Below, piece after piece: positions 47,930 through 59,197 of a stretch of DNA of 64,000 bases. Source of the stretch: Bacteriovoracaceae bacterium. GTDB lineage: Bacteria > Bdellovibrionota > Bacteriovoracia > Bacteriovoracales > Bacteriovoracaceae. Under the pieces are notes generated by a model. That model did not search any database, had not been told where the DNA came from, and worked only from the letters and a program-made list of their open reading frames with translations. The position numbers and the translations under genes are program-made. The stretch covers positions 416,001 through 480,000 of the forward strand of contig JBLWTJ010000002.1 in NCBI GenBank assembly GCA_048270185.1, given 5' to 3'. Position 1 is the first letter of the stretch, and every line of letters starts with the position of its first letter.

Positions 47930-48769
47930 ATGAGATGGATTTTGCTAATCGCCCTATTTCTACTAAATATCATGGCCTTTGCTCAAGAAAAGTTCGCCAA
48001 TGAATTCTCATTTAAAATCGAAAATGATGCCGCCTTTGAAACCGATAAGTATTACTCCAATGGAGCTGAACTACTTTATCAGAGAAGATTCTTTCACTCG
48101 TCATCAATGACGAAACTTCGCTTTGGCCTTACTCACCAAATCTACACTCCAGAGGCGACATTTGATGAGACCGTTGTTGAAGGGGATCATCCATATACAG
48201 GTGTTTACTATGGAACTCTAGGACTACTTCACGTCAATAATAGCTTCTATTTAAAAACTGATTTATGGATTGGCAAGCAAGGCCCTGATGCCAAAGCAGG
48301 TATCCTACAAAATCTCTTTCACAAGATGACCCCTTCTTCGCAAGTTAATGGATGGACAAATCAAACGGCCAATAGCTCATTTTATAACGGTGATATTAAA
48401 TTTATAAAAATTAATCGTTCACAATTTTTAGAATTATCACCATGGATGAATATCAGGTATGGTGGTCTAATTAAAGATTACGAGTTGGGACTTAAGACTT
48501 CTCTCTTTCTTGGCCCTCTTCAACTCTTTGCCAACGGATCTGTTGTCTATAATGAATATAACTCAACTCTTCAAGGCCCAAAGAATGGTGAGTCGGTCTA
48601 TGTTATTGCGGAGGACAAGATGAATGATCTCTACTATAAAGCCGACGTTGGTTTTCATCTCATCTTTAGTCGCGTGCGATTTACGATTAAGGCCAATTGG
48701 TATAGTGCTCAATTTGAGGGGGCCAGTGATCATACCTACGCCACTTTTGAGACGGCCTTCTACTTCTAA
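47930..48769 (+). CDS. Outer-membrane LpxR/DUF2219-like beta-barrel (lipid A deacylase family)
   Basis: Signal peptide, ENDA...TDKYYSNG, QIYTP, DHPYTG, GW.NQ, terminal Phe. Confidence 0.8.
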   Translation: MRWILLIALFLLNIMAFAQEKFANEFSFKIENDAAFETDKYYSNGAELLYQRRFFHSSSMTKLRFGLTHQIYTPEATFDETVVEGDHPYTGVYYGTLGLLHVNNSFYLKTDLWIGKQGPDAKAGILQNLFHKMTPSSQVNGWTNQTANSSFYNGDIKFIKINRSQFLELSPWMNIRYGGLIKDYELGLKTSLFLGPLQLFANGSVVYNEYNSTLQGPKNGESVYVIAEDKMNDLYYKADVGFHLIFSRVRFTIKANWYSAQFEGASDHTYATFETAFYF

Positions 48770-49306
48770 TTAATCCCTTAGAATTGAGTAATACTTCATA
48801 TCCCAAAATTGGTTGCGGTGATAGATCTCGCGTCTCAATGTCCCTTCATAAGTCATGCCTAATTTTTGCATAACTCTTTCACTGGCAAGATTTTCGGCCT
48901 TACAGCGACACTGAATACGTTCAATATCAAAGTGCTCAAAGCAATACTCAATGACAGCATCAGCGGCTTCCACCACGATCCCCTGGCCCCAGTAGTCATC
49001 ATTAATGACATAGGCCAATTCCATAGACTTATTCTTCGTTGAAACCCAAAAGCACCCAACACAGCCAATTAGCTTATCGCTTCCCTTAAGAGTTATGGCA
49101 AATGGTTCGGGAACTCCTTGCTCATAATTGCTAAAGGCATACTTTTCGATGAAGTGAACACTATCGGCGACACTTTCATGGGGCTCCCATAAGGTATATT
49201 TTGAAACGTGAGGTCTTTGGCCATACTCAAAAATAGCATCTTGGTCGGATAAGCGAATATCCCTTAGCACAAGTCTTTTTGTTTCAATAGATGGAGGCTT
49301 CCACAT
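48770..49306 (-). CDS. RimJ/RimL-type GNAT acetyltransferase
   Basis: ETKRLVLR, YWGQGI..EA, N.AS.RVMQKLGM..EG.LR. Confidence 0.9.
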   Translation of the reverse strand: MWKPPSIETKRLVLRDIRLSDQDAIFEYGQRPHVSKYTLWEPHESVADSVHFIEKYAFSNYEQGVPEPFAITLKGSDKLIGCVGCFWVSTKNKSMELAYVINDDYWGQGIVVEAADAVIEYCFEHFDIERIQCRCKAENLASERVMQKLGMTYEGTLRREIYHRNQFWDMKYYSILRD

Positions 49307-49473
49307 GAGGCTGTTCCTTATTTTAGGCTAAATATGAGAATTTATTATAGCACTGAAAAAAAGTGTAAAAAACTGCAATTTTTTGTTGTGCAGAAAAATG
49401 GAAGGGAATATTATATAGCAAATATATATAACTTAGATATGTATTTTTTTCGTAAACCAAATGAGGATTAACT

Positions 49474-49707
49474 ATGAAAAAACTATTACTTCTACTCCTA
49501 ATTGCTTCAGCAACTTTCACGTATGCTAATGAAGACTATTCTGATTCAACAGCTACAGAAACTAGCTCAGATTTTGAAAGTGCAGTTGAAGAATCAGCAC
49601 CAGCTACAGACTGTGCTTCAACAGGAGACTGTGTTGAAGAATCATCACAATCAAATTCTCTCGACGCCGAGCTCTCTGATGATTCAGATCTCGAAGTTGA
49701 GCAATAA
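49474..49707 (+). CDS. Small secreted acidic protein
   Basis: GAGG RBS, signal peptide MKKLLLLLLIASATFTYA, Ser/Glu/Asp-rich mature region. Confidence 0.7.
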   Translation: MKKLLLLLLIASATFTYANEDYSDSTATETSSDFESAVEESAPATDCASTGDCVEESSQSNSLDAELSDDSDLEVEQ

Positions 49708-49765
49708 TAAGAATTCCCACCGCAGCAGCCCTCCAGCTGCTGCATTCGTTTACGACCGGTAACTC

Positions 49766-50206
49766 TTGGTTTATACTCAAAACGTGAAAGATTTAGAATT
49801 TTCAAGAATACTTCTCGATTTAATGCCAATTATCATTCGCTCAATAAGAAGTGAATTAAAAGAGGCTGCATCTCCGCGAATTTCCTACCCTCAATTTAGG
49901 GCACTTTCAAATATTGGAAGAGGGCTTCAAACTGTTGGAGAACTTGCAGAACATCATGGTATTAGCCAACCGGCCATGACCAAGACAATTAATATTTTAG
50001 TTGGAGAGAAGTTAGTTTCAAAAAACAAGTCGACAGAAGATGCTCGACTAACAATTCTCACTCTTAGTTCCAAAGGCCAAATACTCTACAAAGAAGTTTG
50101 GGGCGAAGTACAAGAAAAAATTTCTTTAAAACTAAAAGACTTCCCTATCAAAAACAGAAAGGCGATGGTTAGCAATCTTGAAAAGCTCAGAAGTATTATC
50201 GCTTAA
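49766..50206 (+). CDS. MarR family transcriptional regulator
   Basis: QFRAL...TVGELA...ISQPAMT..I..L....LV...EDAR...LTLS.KG; start uncertain. Confidence 0.88.
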   Translation: MVYTQNVKDLEFSRILLDLMPIIIRSIRSELKEAASPRISYPQFRALSNIGRGLQTVGELAEHHGISQPAMTKTINILVGEKLVSKNKSTEDARLTILTLSSKGQILYKEVWGEVQEKISLKLKDFPIKNRKAMVSNLEKLRSIIA

Positions 50207-51072
50207 GATTTATTGAAGCGATTTATATAAGTACAGTGCTGACAGAATTTTTCAACTCGTTTATTTTGATCAAAGCCCTTTCTCATTGCAACAGCTCTCT
50301 CAGACTTTAAAATTGAGTCGAGACTTTCATCAAAAGCATTGCCTAGTGGAATTTGGCATTCTTTATCCAAGCAACATGGAACAACAGTACCATCAGCATG
50401 AATTCCGATATGTGACTTTAAAGCATGACAGCGACCAGCTTCACCTTGATTTGGAAGATCCCAAGATGGCCAGTCAAAGTGAGAATCAAAGTGGAGATAG
50501 ACGCGATTCCATATTCTCTTACTCTTAATGGATTCGACTTGAGTATTACGATTGATCTCAACTTCATAGAAAGACTCAAGAGTTTGAAAAACTTCTTCAT
50601 TCTCCTTCATGATTTTTTCATTGCGTCCTAGGTTCCAAAGACGATAGTTCACATAGGTCTCAGGTGCAGATTCATTAAGCTCTTTTGAAAACTCAAGAAT
50701 TGGCATTAGGTAGGCACCAAAGTCACGATTGGGAAAATTGTCTTTATAACTTTGAATCGAGAAGTTAATTTGTCTAAGAACTTTACTCTTTAATAGAATC
50801 TCTTTACGTGAGGCGATGACCACACCATTTGTTGTAATTTGAACTGGTACTTCATGACGCTCACAAATTTCCATAACTTTGACAAAATTAGGATGGGCCA
50901 GTGGCTCTCCCATTAAGTGGAGGCAAACTTGTTTGGCCAGAGGCTTTGCTTCAATAAGAACCTTTTCAAAATCTTGCGGTCCCATCACTCTCTTGTCGCG
51001 TTCAACGACAGGACAGAATGTACACTGCAAATTACAGATATTTGAAATTTCGATAAAGATTCGATCTAGCAT
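50203..51072 (-). CDS. Radical SAM/SPASM domain protein
   Basis: CNLQCTFC, GEPL, ITTNG, C-terminal DGTVVPCC...CQHC. Confidence 0.9.
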   Translation of the reverse strand: MLDRIFIEISNICNLQCTFCPVVERDKRVMGPQDFEKVLIEAKPLAKQVCLHLMGEPLAHPNFVKVMEICERHEVPVQITTNGVVIASRKEILLKSKVLRQINFSIQSYKDNFPNRDFGAYLMPILEFSKELNESAPETYVNYRLWNLGRNEKIMKENEEVFQTLESFYEVEINRNTQVESIKSKRIWNRVYLHFDSHFDWPSWDLPNQGEAGRCHALKSHIGIHADGTVVPCCLDKECQIPLGNAFDESLDSILKSERAVAMRKGFDQNKRVEKFCQHCTYINRFNKS

Positions 51073-51179
51073 GGCAACTTTCTAACACCCTTCATCATTT
51101 CTGTCAGTAAAAAAGGCCTAGAATACTCTAGGCCTTATTGATTCTCTCTAGTAGAAATATATTCTACTTCCTCGAAAAA

Positions 51180-52136
51180 TTATTTAATTTGGATATTTCC
51201 TGCATTGATGTTCTCAAGAGACTCTTCAAGATTAGGAACTGTTAGTCTTAGCTTGATATATGCATCAATTGTATTGTCATCAAGAAGAGCATTTAGGTCT
51301 TCACCATTCTTGATATTTTCATTGATGTTATATCTAATCAGTTCACGAAGTCCTGCAAGACCTTCAACATCATTTCTCTCAATCATTTGCTCAATTTGCT
51401 CTCTTTCTTTTCTGTTGAAATCAAATAATTGAGAAATACCAGTTGTTGCTTTAGATACTAGGTAGAAAGCTGCACCGATACCATTTGAAGTAAGAGAAAT
51501 TCCTTTACCAGTGTACTCAATACCTTTTTCTAGGTTTTCAGCACCTAATAAGAACTCAGAAACTTTCGTTGATTGCTCACTCGCTTTAGCAATTAGTTCA
51601 ACGATTTCTTCAACAGTCATTTGAGTAAGATCTAGTGGTTTCTCAAGAACTCTTGAAAGGAATTCACTAATATCTGAAAGTAGATCTGAAGCTTCAGAAG
51701 TACCGTCAAATGCGAAATCTAAGATCTCAAGTAGTAGATCTCCAGTTTGCTCAAGAGTTGGCTCTAGGAAAATATAAATTTTCTTAGAAACTTCCATTCC
51801 TTTTGCTGTCCCTTTAGCTGAAACTTCAAATACCATTGCAATACCATCAGCAGTTAGACGGAAAGCAGGTTTTGATACTTCTGAAAGTTTAACAATATGT
51901 TTAGCAATCTTTTCTGAAGCTTTGTATGAAGATTCAAGATTCTTTGAAATGAATGCCTTTAGGTGTTCACCAGTAAAGTCTGCTACTTCAATTGTTTCAT
52001 CAGTTGCACTTTTCCCTGCATCATAGATCGCTTCAGATACTTTTGAAGAAGCACCTAGAGAAGCATCTCTTAAATCAGATGCATTTACTTGTAGTGCGAT
52101 TAGTGTAAGTAGTGCTGCTGCTGTCATTCTTTTCAT
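51180..52136 (-). CDS. Secreted helical hypothetical protein
   Basis: AGGAG RBS, signal peptide, Ser/Ala/Glu-rich helical sequence. Confidence 0.75.
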   Translation of the reverse strand: MKRMTAAALLTLIALQVNASDLRDASLGASSKVSEAIYDAGKSATDETIEVADFTGEHLKAFISKNLESSYKASEKIAKHIVKLSEVSKPAFRLTADGIAMVFEVSAKGTAKGMEVSKKIYIFLEPTLEQTGDLLLEILDFAFDGTSEASDLLSDISEFLSRVLEKPLDLTQMTVEEIVELIAKASEQSTKVSEFLLGAENLEKGIEYTGKGISLTSNGIGAAFYLVSKATTGISQLFDFNRKEREQIEQMIERNDVEGLAGLRELIRYNINENIKNGEDLNALLDDNTIDAYIKLRLTVPNLEESLENINAGNIQIK

Positions 52137-52179
52137 GTTAATCTCCTTTGGTTTTGTTCTTTGTTTGTTTTTGTTGTTA

Positions 52180-54237
52180 TTAATTCGAATATACTTTCAA
52201 TGAAATAATTCTTGCTTCATCTCTGATATTTCTAATTAGGTCTAATATTCTTGCTAAATCCTGTACTTCTTTCTCATAATTACTTTTTACATCTTCTAAA
52301 AGTTGATTCTCTAATTCCTCTAGCTCTGCACTTTTAATATTATGATTTTCAAAATCTGAATCTTTTAAGACGAGAGGAATCCCATAACTTCCATCAACTG
52401 GCTTAACTCGGCTAGCTTTACGAAGTTCATTCCACTTTCTAATTCTTTCTCCAATTTCATTTTCAGCTTCTTCATTCTTTTCAAGGAAAGTTCCTACTTC
52501 CTCATCAATAGATGCTTGCTTAATTTTAAAGATCGCTCCCGTTAGAATTGATAGATCATTCATTTTAGATTCAACATCAATCGTTTCACTTAGATCTCTT
52601 AATTCATTAAATTTTTCAAAGAGACGATCAACATCAAATTCCTCAAGGATATCCTTTATAAATTTCTCTCTCTTATATTCTTTAAATTGGTGTGATCTTT
52701 TCGGATGACCAACACGACGTCTTTTAATTTTAAAGTCTGATGCTTCAACTCCAAAAAGTGATTTTTTAACATCTTTTAAAAGCTCAATATCACTTGGGAA
52801 GAACATCCCATTCTTTTGAGCTTCTGAATGGTCTTCGAGGTCTTCTTCTTTTGCAAATTCACTATCTGTAAATTTGTCTAAAAGTGAATATGGAAGAATA
52901 ACTCTCTTATAAGCAAATTCATTATTAGGTAGAGCTGCTTGGAAGAGCTCGTTAGATTCAGAAGCACAGTTATTTGTAATAAACTTATAGTCACCTTCAT
53001 ATTCCCAGTAGACTTCTAACACCTTGTGAATGAAAGCCTGTTTCTGCTCGTTAGATAGATATAGTGGTTGGCTAATTAGATCTCTTAACTCTCCACCATT
53101 GTACTCATTTAATACTTCAGGAAATGAAAGCATGAAAAGAACAGAGTCATAGCCCCCAAGAATTCCTTTTAGAGTATTACTTTTAATATCAGTTACGTTT
53201 GCACGATATGAAAGAACCACATGATAAAGCTTGTCTTTAAGGCAGTTCTTATCCACCTTCTTTCTAAATGGTGCACAAAGAACAATTCGATACATTGAGT
53301 GACCAAATCCTGAAACCATTGAGTCACCTTTTGAAGCCAGTAGATAGTCAATACGATAAACTCGATCTGGATTAATATCTCTCGTTACTTTCAAGTCATC
53401 TAAAATGATTTCAGTAAAGATCTTGCAATCACTTTCAGGAAATGGAGTATGCCCTAAAAGCTCGCTATAGAATTTATAATAAGATGGTCTCTTACACTTG
53501 TAGTCTTTATCCATTAGGAAGAATTCAAGGTTAACGGCATTGTGCTCTTTTAGATTTTCATATTCATAGGCATCAACCGATCTCTTTGAAGTAAGGTTCT
53601 TTGTTTTCTTCTTAAACATTCCCTTCTTCCAATTAGCAAGCTTGAAGAATGAGTATAGGCCACTGATTGAATTACGATTCGTTTCTTGAGATAGGATGGC
53701 ACGACACTCTGTTGAGACGCGATTATTATCTTCCTTTTCACGCTTACACACACGGGCCTTTGCCTTGTGTTCAGCACTTCTTACTTTCTTAAGGTCATAT
53801 AAGTGAGCAAGCTCGTGAAGAATTGTTGCCTTTGCCTTTCTTACATAGTTCTTATGGCCACAATTGAATTGAATTGATTCTTCATCACCTTTAATAATTT
53901 CTTTTAGAAAGAGTGATGTAATCTTGATTTCTTTTTGATTAAAGAAGCTCACACTTCCATACTTAACAGGAACGCTCTCAGTACAACGATCGGCAGGTAG
54001 GTCTGTGATGCCTTTATTATCTTTAAAGTCTTCGAAAGAGATTTTAATTTTTCGGCCGATGGCCTCTCTCATTACGTGAGGTACTTTTTCATCAACTGAT
54101 TTTAAGAAAGACTCTAATTTTGCATGGTATTCTTTTGGAACTGAGTCTTTATTTAACTTAAACATTGGCCCAGAATAGGCGAACGCTGTTGCTGTCAATA
54201 AAGTAGTCACAATACTCTTTAAAATTAGCTCTCTCAT
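52180..54237 (-). CDS. DUF4105 (Lnb N-terminal-like) domain protein with HExxH motif
   Basis: Signal peptide, HELAH, SGFGHS, YKFITNNCA. Confidence 0.78.
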   Translation of the reverse strand: MRELILKSIVTTLLTATAFAYSGPMFKLNKDSVPKEYHAKLESFLKSVDEKVPHVMREAIGRKIKISFEDFKDNKGITDLPADRCTESVPVKYGSVSFFNQKEIKITSLFLKEIIKGDEESIQFNCGHKNYVRKAKATILHELAHLYDLKKVRSAEHKAKARVCKREKEDNNRVSTECRAILSQETNRNSISGLYSFFKLANWKKGMFKKKTKNLTSKRSVDAYEYENLKEHNAVNLEFFLMDKDYKCKRPSYYKFYSELLGHTPFPESDCKIFTEIILDDLKVTRDINPDRVYRIDYLLASKGDSMVSGFGHSMYRIVLCAPFRKKVDKNCLKDKLYHVVLSYRANVTDIKSNTLKGILGGYDSVLFMLSFPEVLNEYNGGELRDLISQPLYLSNEQKQAFIHKVLEVYWEYEGDYKFITNNCASESNELFQAALPNNEFAYKRVILPYSLLDKFTDSEFAKEEDLEDHSEAQKNGMFFPSDIELLKDVKKSLFGVEASDFKIKRRRVGHPKRSHQFKEYKREKFIKDILEEFDVDRLFEKFNELRDLSETIDVESKMNDLSILTGAIFKIKQASIDEEVGTFLEKNEEAENEIGERIRKWNELRKASRVKPVDGSYGIPLVLKDSDFENHNIKSAELEELENQLLEDVKSNYEKEVQDLARILDLIRNIRDEARIISLKVYSN

Positions 54238-54341
54238 ATTATTCCTTAAACAGTTGTTTAAACTTTATCCAGCTTTTAATTCTTGTTAGCATTGCTAGCT
54301 AGCTGAAACTTGGTTTTACTTCTTTGTTTGGAATAATATGA

Positions 54342-54358
54342 TGCAATTGGGATGCCAA
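54342..54358 (-). promoter_or_regulatory. Putative sigma54 (-24/-12) promoter
   Basis: Minus strand TTGGCATCCCAATTGCA (GG-N10-GC), about 105 nt upstream of 54237. Confidence 0.6.
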
Positions 54359-54376
54359 AATAGAATCTGTTCAGTC

Positions 54377-54655
54377 CTACTCAATACGCCCGTTGCCTAT
54401 CTTATCAAGCTCTTCTCCACAAATATTTATAGGAGCTTGGCCATCTGCCCCTAGTGGAATCGACTCAATTAGTGTTCCTTCGACGTCATCATCACTATCA
54501 AATCCTCGACATTCAATTGAGCGCTCCCGGTAACTAATGATCTTATAGTGATACTCATTGACTGAAGCTGGGCCTCGGTCAACTCCATCAGAGCTGACTC
54601 TAATACAGGCCGGTAGAAAAACAATGATAATTAGGATTAGTTCTAAGAATTGCAT
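54377..54655 (-). CDS. Small putative lipoprotein
   Basis: Hydrophobic leader ending LPAC; RGPAS motif. Confidence 0.55.
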   Translation of the reverse strand: MQFLELILIIIVFLPACIRVSSDGVDRGPASVNEYHYKIISYRERSIECRGFDSDDDVEGTLIESIPLGADGQAPINICGEELDKIGNGRIE

Positions 54656-54731
54656 AGAACTTATTTCGGAGAGAAGAGAATTTATGGGAGTTAAAATAGA
54701 TTAAAAAAAGGGGCCTTAAAGACCCCTAGAA

Positions 54732-55358
54732 TTAATTATTACTTGTATTTGAATTATTACCTAGGCCATTAATCAAGTGCCTTGAAGTAAAACGAATATA
54801 ATCAATACTCTCTTCAGCACCAAATGAAGATGTATAGGCATGAAAACTTGATAAGAAGTGATGCCAGAACATTCTTCTAAAGCCTTCCTCCTCTTCAGTT
54901 CTAATGATAATTCCCGAACTTCTAAAGAGAGGTTGCACCCAGCTCCAATATAAATCGACAATCTGTGGAGTTAATCTAGCAGCAACAGAATTCGTATCAT
55001 TCAAATTCTTTGTATTATAAGCTAGGGATAAAAACTCATCAGCAATATTCTTGTGAATCATCAGCTCTTGAAAAATTGCCTTATAATTGGCCGCTAAAAT
55101 CTCAGCGTTTTGTGCACCTTCTTCAATTGAAAATGGTTTAACAGTGATTGCTGTATTTAAGTTCTCACGAAATAGACTGAAGATCACATCCTCCTTAGAC
55201 TTAAAGTAATTATAGTAAGTCCCAATTCCCAGTCCACACACTTGGGCCAACTCTCGCATTCCTACTTCGTCGACACCTTTTTGAGTAAATAATTCCATCG
55301 AATTCTTTAGAATCATTTCTCTTGTTCTCTGTTTCTTGATTTCTCTTAAACCTGCCAT
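54732..55358 (-). CDS. TetR/AcrR family regulator
   Basis: GLREIKKQRTR...LF..KG...MRELA...G...GTYYNYFKSKED; AGGAGG RBS. Confidence 0.92.
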   Translation of the reverse strand: MAGLREIKKQRTREMILKNSMELFTQKGVDEVGMRELAQVCGLGIGTYYNYFKSKEDVIFSLFRENLNTAITVKPFSIEEGAQNAEILAANYKAIFQELMIHKNIADEFLSLAYNTKNLNDTNSVAARLTPQIVDLYWSWVQPLFRSSGIIIRTEEEEGFRRMFWHHFLSSFHAYTSSFGAEESIDYIRFTSRHLINGLGNNSNTSNN

Positions 55359-55587
55359 AACACCTCCTTCATGGTCAGCGTAGCTCTAAAGAGCTTCCGA
55401 GCGAAAAGGTCGAGAACTCTTTCTAATTTGATCATAGGCGATTTATGGATGACGCTCATCTTAATTAAGTTAAAAGATGGTAATTAGTTGGTAAATTAAT
55501 AGTCAGGTAATTTTGAAGGTTGATCACATTTAAAACGTTATGATTGCTCATTGTCTAAGTATTAGACATTTGCGATAATAGCTAACT

Positions 55588-56235
55588 ATGTTGAATATAA
55601 TAATTCCTAAACTAATTTCGTGGTATTTGAGGTTTGTAAAACTCACTTCTCGCATCACAATCCTCAATAGTGAAAACCTAGAAAAGGCCAAGCAAATGTC
55701 AGCTAGTGGTAATTACACTTTATCATGTTGGCACGAGCACTATCCAACTTGTGTTCTCTCAGAGGTTGATACAGGCCTAGTTGTCATGGCATCTAAATCA
55801 AAAGATGGAACACTTGCGGCCAACACGGTTGAGGCCCTTGGCTTTACACCAACTAGAGGTAGTTCTTCTCGTGGCGGAAGTGAGGCCCTAAAATCCATGA
55901 TTAAATTGATAAAGAGTCAGAAGTTAAACTCGGCCATCACTGTTGATGGACCACGTGGCCCTCGACGCATTCCTAAGAAGGGAACATTTGTTGTTTCACT
56001 TGAGGCCCAAGTTCCTATATTAAATCTTCAAGCGATTTCCACAAGACGATTTTGCTTTAGTAAGAGTTGGGATCAAACTAATTTACCACTACCTTTTGGC
56101 CACATTTACATCAACTATGGTGAGCCAATTTTGATTACTGAACTCAATAAAGACTCCTTAAACGAGTATTCTCAGCAACTTATCGCACAACAGCAAAAGT
56201 TAACTGATGAAATTCGTCAGTACTTAGTATTTTAA
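55588..56235 (+). CDS. Lysophospholipid acyltransferase family (DUF374-like)
   Basis: WH, SKSKDG, RGSSSRGG, TVDGPRGP, SWD...PLPF. Confidence 0.88.
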   Translation: MLNIIIPKLISWYLRFVKLTSRITILNSENLEKAKQMSASGNYTLSCWHEHYPTCVLSEVDTGLVVMASKSKDGTLAANTVEALGFTPTRGSSSRGGSEALKSMIKLIKSQKLNSAITVDGPRGPRRIPKKGTFVVSLEAQVPILNLQAISTRRFCFSKSWDQTNLPLPFGHIYINYGEPILITELNKDSLNEYSQQLIAQQQKLTDEIRQYLVF

Positions 56236-56377
56236 GTTACTGAATTTAGGTCATATACGATCTAATTTTGATGAATTAAGTCGTGAAATTATGTGTCGGA
56301 AGTGGTACAAAATTAGGCTATAGTTAAGAATTCAAAAATAATATAAATATTTTAAATTTAATTACAAGTGAGATGTT

Positions 56378-58084
56378 ATGGCAGAGAATATGCTAGAAAT
56401 TAAAAACCTAACAATTGAATTTCGTACTGAAGATGAAACAGTTAAGGCCGTTAAAAGCTTAAACCTAAGTATTCCAAAGGGAAAAACAGTTGGGCTCGTT
56501 GGTGAGTCAGGTTCAGGAAAGTCAGTTACTTCTCTTGCAATCATGGGGCTAATCCCTAATCCTCCAGGTAAAATCAGCGAAGGTGAAATTCTTTTCCACG
56601 GTGAAGACTTAACAAAAGCTTCAAACGAAAGAATGAGAAAACTTCGTGGAAATAAGATCGCCATGATTTTCCAAGAGCCAATGACTTCTTTAAACCCAGT
56701 ATTTACAACTGGTAATCAAATTGATGAAGTTCTAATGCTTCACCAAAATATGACAAAAGAACAAGCTCGTAAAAGAACTATCGAACTATTCGAAGAAGTT
56801 GGTATTCCATCTCCAAAAGAATCAGTTGATAAATACCCACACCAAATGTCAGGTGGTCAAAAGCAACGTGTAATGATCGCAATGGCAATGGCCTGTGAAC
56901 CAGAACTACTTATTTGTGATGAGCCAACAACAGCTCTTGACGTTACAATCCAAAAGCAAGTTCTTGAGCTAATGTTCGAGCTTCAAAGAAAACACAATAT
57001 GAGTATGCTTTTCATCACACACGATCTTGCTGTTATTGCAGACATTGCTGATGAAGTTGCTGTTATGTTCAGAGGTGATCTTGTTGAGCAAAATACAACA
57101 AAAGCACTTTTTGAAAATCCACAACACCCATATACAAAAGGTCTTCTTGCTTGTCGTCCAAGCCTTGAAGAAAATCCAGTTAGACTTCTAACTGTAGAAG
57201 ACTTCCTAAACGCAAAAGAAGATATCGATGTTTCTTCACTTGAAATGAAGAAGCCAAGACCAATTAGTGAAACGGAAAACCCAGTTATTCTTGAGGTTAC
57301 AAACTTCAATAAGCACTTCCCTATTAAAGGTGGACTATTCGGTCGCACAGTTGATTGGTTTAAAGCCGTTGATGATGTAACTTTAAAAGTAAGAAAAGGT
57401 CGTACACTTGGTCTTGTAGGTGAATCAGGATGTGGAAAGACAACTCTAGGTCGTTCTATCCTAAGACTTCTTGAGCCAACTGCCGGAGAAGTAATTTACA
57501 ACGGTGTAAACGTTACTAATCTAAATAAGAAAGAAATGAGAGAGATTCGTGAGAAGATGCAAATTATCTTCCAAGACCCGTACTCATCTCTTAACCCAAG
57601 AATGACAATTGGTGATATTATCACTGAACCAATGGTTATTCACAATATGGGTGGTTCTAAGAAAGATAGATACCAAGTTGCAGCAGACCTTCTTGAGAAA
57701 GTAGGACTTAAAGGTGATTACCTTAACCGTTATCCACACGAATTCTCAGGTGGACAACGTCAACGTATCTGTATTGCTCGTGCCCTTTCTCTTAAGCCAG
57801 AATTTATTATCTGTGACGAATCGGTATCAGCACTTGATGTATCAGTTCAAGCTCAAGTTCTTAATCTACTTCAAGATCTACAAGATGAACTAGGTCTAAC
57901 TTATATCTTCATTTCACACGACCTTTCTGTTGTTAAGTATATCTCAGATGAAATCGGTGTAATGAACAAAGGTAAGATCGTTGAGTACGGTCCGGCCGAA
58001 GAGGTTTACCACAACCCACAAGATGAATACACAAAGAAGCTTCTAAGTGCTATTCCAAAGGGAGTTCCAAAAGAACTTCTATAA
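56378..58084 (+). CDS. Peptide ABC transporter ATP-binding protein (two fused ATPase domains)
   Basis: GESGSGKS and GESGCGKT Walker A motifs; YPHQMSGGQ and YPHEFSGGQ. Confidence 0.95.
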   Translation: MAENMLEIKNLTIEFRTEDETVKAVKSLNLSIPKGKTVGLVGESGSGKSVTSLAIMGLIPNPPGKISEGEILFHGEDLTKASNERMRKLRGNKIAMIFQEPMTSLNPVFTTGNQIDEVLMLHQNMTKEQARKRTIELFEEVGIPSPKESVDKYPHQMSGGQKQRVMIAMAMACEPELLICDEPTTALDVTIQKQVLELMFELQRKHNMSMLFITHDLAVIADIADEVAVMFRGDLVEQNTTKALFENPQHPYTKGLLACRPSLEENPVRLLTVEDFLNAKEDIDVSSLEMKKPRPISETENPVILEVTNFNKHFPIKGGLFGRTVDWFKAVDDVTLKVRKGRTLGLVGESGCGKTTLGRSILRLLEPTAGEVIYNGVNVTNLNKKEMREIREKMQIIFQDPYSSLNPRMTIGDIITEPMVIHNMGGSKKDRYQVAADLLEKVGLKGDYLNRYPHEFSGGQRQRICIARALSLKPEFIICDESVSALDVSVQAQVLNLLQDLQDELGLTYIFISHDLSVVKYISDEIGVMNKGKIVEYGPAEEVYHNPQDEYTKKLLSAIPKGVPKELL

Positions 58085-58115
58085 AATTTAACAATTTTTA
58101 CTTTAAATATTAAGA

Positions 58116-58140
58116 AGGAGGCCAATTGCCTCCTTTTTTT
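58116..58140 (+). terminator. Intrinsic terminator
   Basis: AAGGAGGC-caatt-GCCTCCTT followed by a T-tract. Confidence 0.8.
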
Positions 58141-58178
58141 ATACCTAAATATTTCTTATAATATGAGCTCTAGGAGGA

Positions 58179-59153
58179 ATGTATATGCCGGTTATCGAAA
58201 GCCAATACAAGTGTCATCAGACCTTACAGAATGGACACCTTCAGACAATCATCCCCTTCTTCATTAGAAGAAATATAAAACATGAAATTGAAGAGTTTAA
58301 GCTCGATTTACCAGATGGTGACTTTCTTCACTACTACCTATCCCGCGCTCAAAAGCCTATTAAGCATCTTATTATTATTTCTCATGGCCTTGAAGGAAAC
58401 GGACGAGATCGCTATATTCTAGAGATGAAGCAAAAATTCTGCGAAGAAGGTTTTGATGTCATTTCATGGGATATGCGTTCATGCGGCGGACGTATTAATC
58501 AGACACAAAAATTCTATAATGCTCAAGATTATCATGACCTTAAATTCTTAATTGAAAGCGTTGCTAAGAATTATGACAAGGTATCGCTTATGGGAATAAG
58601 TCTTGGCGGAGCAATTACGGCAAACTACTTAGGAAGAAAACCAAAAGAGATTCACCCTAAGATTCATCGTGCTTTCATCCTCTCCTCACCCATGGACCTT
58701 AATGGCTGCTCACTCAAGCTAAAGAGAAATATTTCACGCCATATCTATCGACATGTTTTCATTTACTCAATGAAAAAGAAAGTCATTGAGAAGTCAAAAC
58801 TGATGGAACTTCCAGTAGATCTCGAGAAAGTCAAAGGGATTCGATTTATTGATGAGTTTGATGATTATGTAACAGCTCCTATCTATGGGTACCGCGATGG
58901 TGAACATTACCGTTCGGAAGCCTCTCCTCTAAACTACCTAGAAAATATTGAAGTTCCTTTTTATATTCTAAACGCCTATGACGATCCTTTCTTGTCTGAA
59001 GAAAGTTATCCATTTGACTTGGCCAAGAGAAAAGAAAATATTTTTTTAGAAGTCCCGAAAAATGGTGGACACGTTGGCTTTATTAAATCGCCTAATGAGA
59101 AATACTATTTTTACGAAGAACGCATATTAGATTTTTTAAAAATGAAAATTTAG
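58179..59153 (+). CDS. YheT-like alpha/beta hydrolase
   Basis: GHLQT, HGLEG, GISLGG, NAYDDPF, GGHVGF. Confidence 0.9.
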   Translation: MYMPVIESQYKCHQTLQNGHLQTIIPFFIRRNIKHEIEEFKLDLPDGDFLHYYLSRAQKPIKHLIIISHGLEGNGRDRYILEMKQKFCEEGFDVISWDMRSCGGRINQTQKFYNAQDYHDLKFLIESVAKNYDKVSLMGISLGGAITANYLGRKPKEIHPKIHRAFILSSPMDLNGCSLKLKRNISRHIYRHVFIYSMKKKVIEKSKLMELPVDLEKVKGIRFIDEFDDYVTAPIYGYRDGEHYRSEASPLNYLENIEVPFYILNAYDDPFLSEESYPFDLAKRKENIFLEVPKNGGHVGFIKSPNEKYYFYEERILDFLKMKI

Positions 59154-59189
59154 AAAAAAAAAGGCTTCCTTCTGGAAGCCTTCTTTTTT
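59154..59189. terminator. Bidirectional terminator
   Basis: A-tract, AAGGCTTCC-ttct-GGAAGCCTT, T-tract, between convergent genes. Confidence 0.75.
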
Positions 59190-59197
59190 GATGTTTA

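Noticed and set aside
55365..55460. Riboswitch in the TetR leader
   Set aside because: Some complementarity exists, but no recognisable aptamer consensus.
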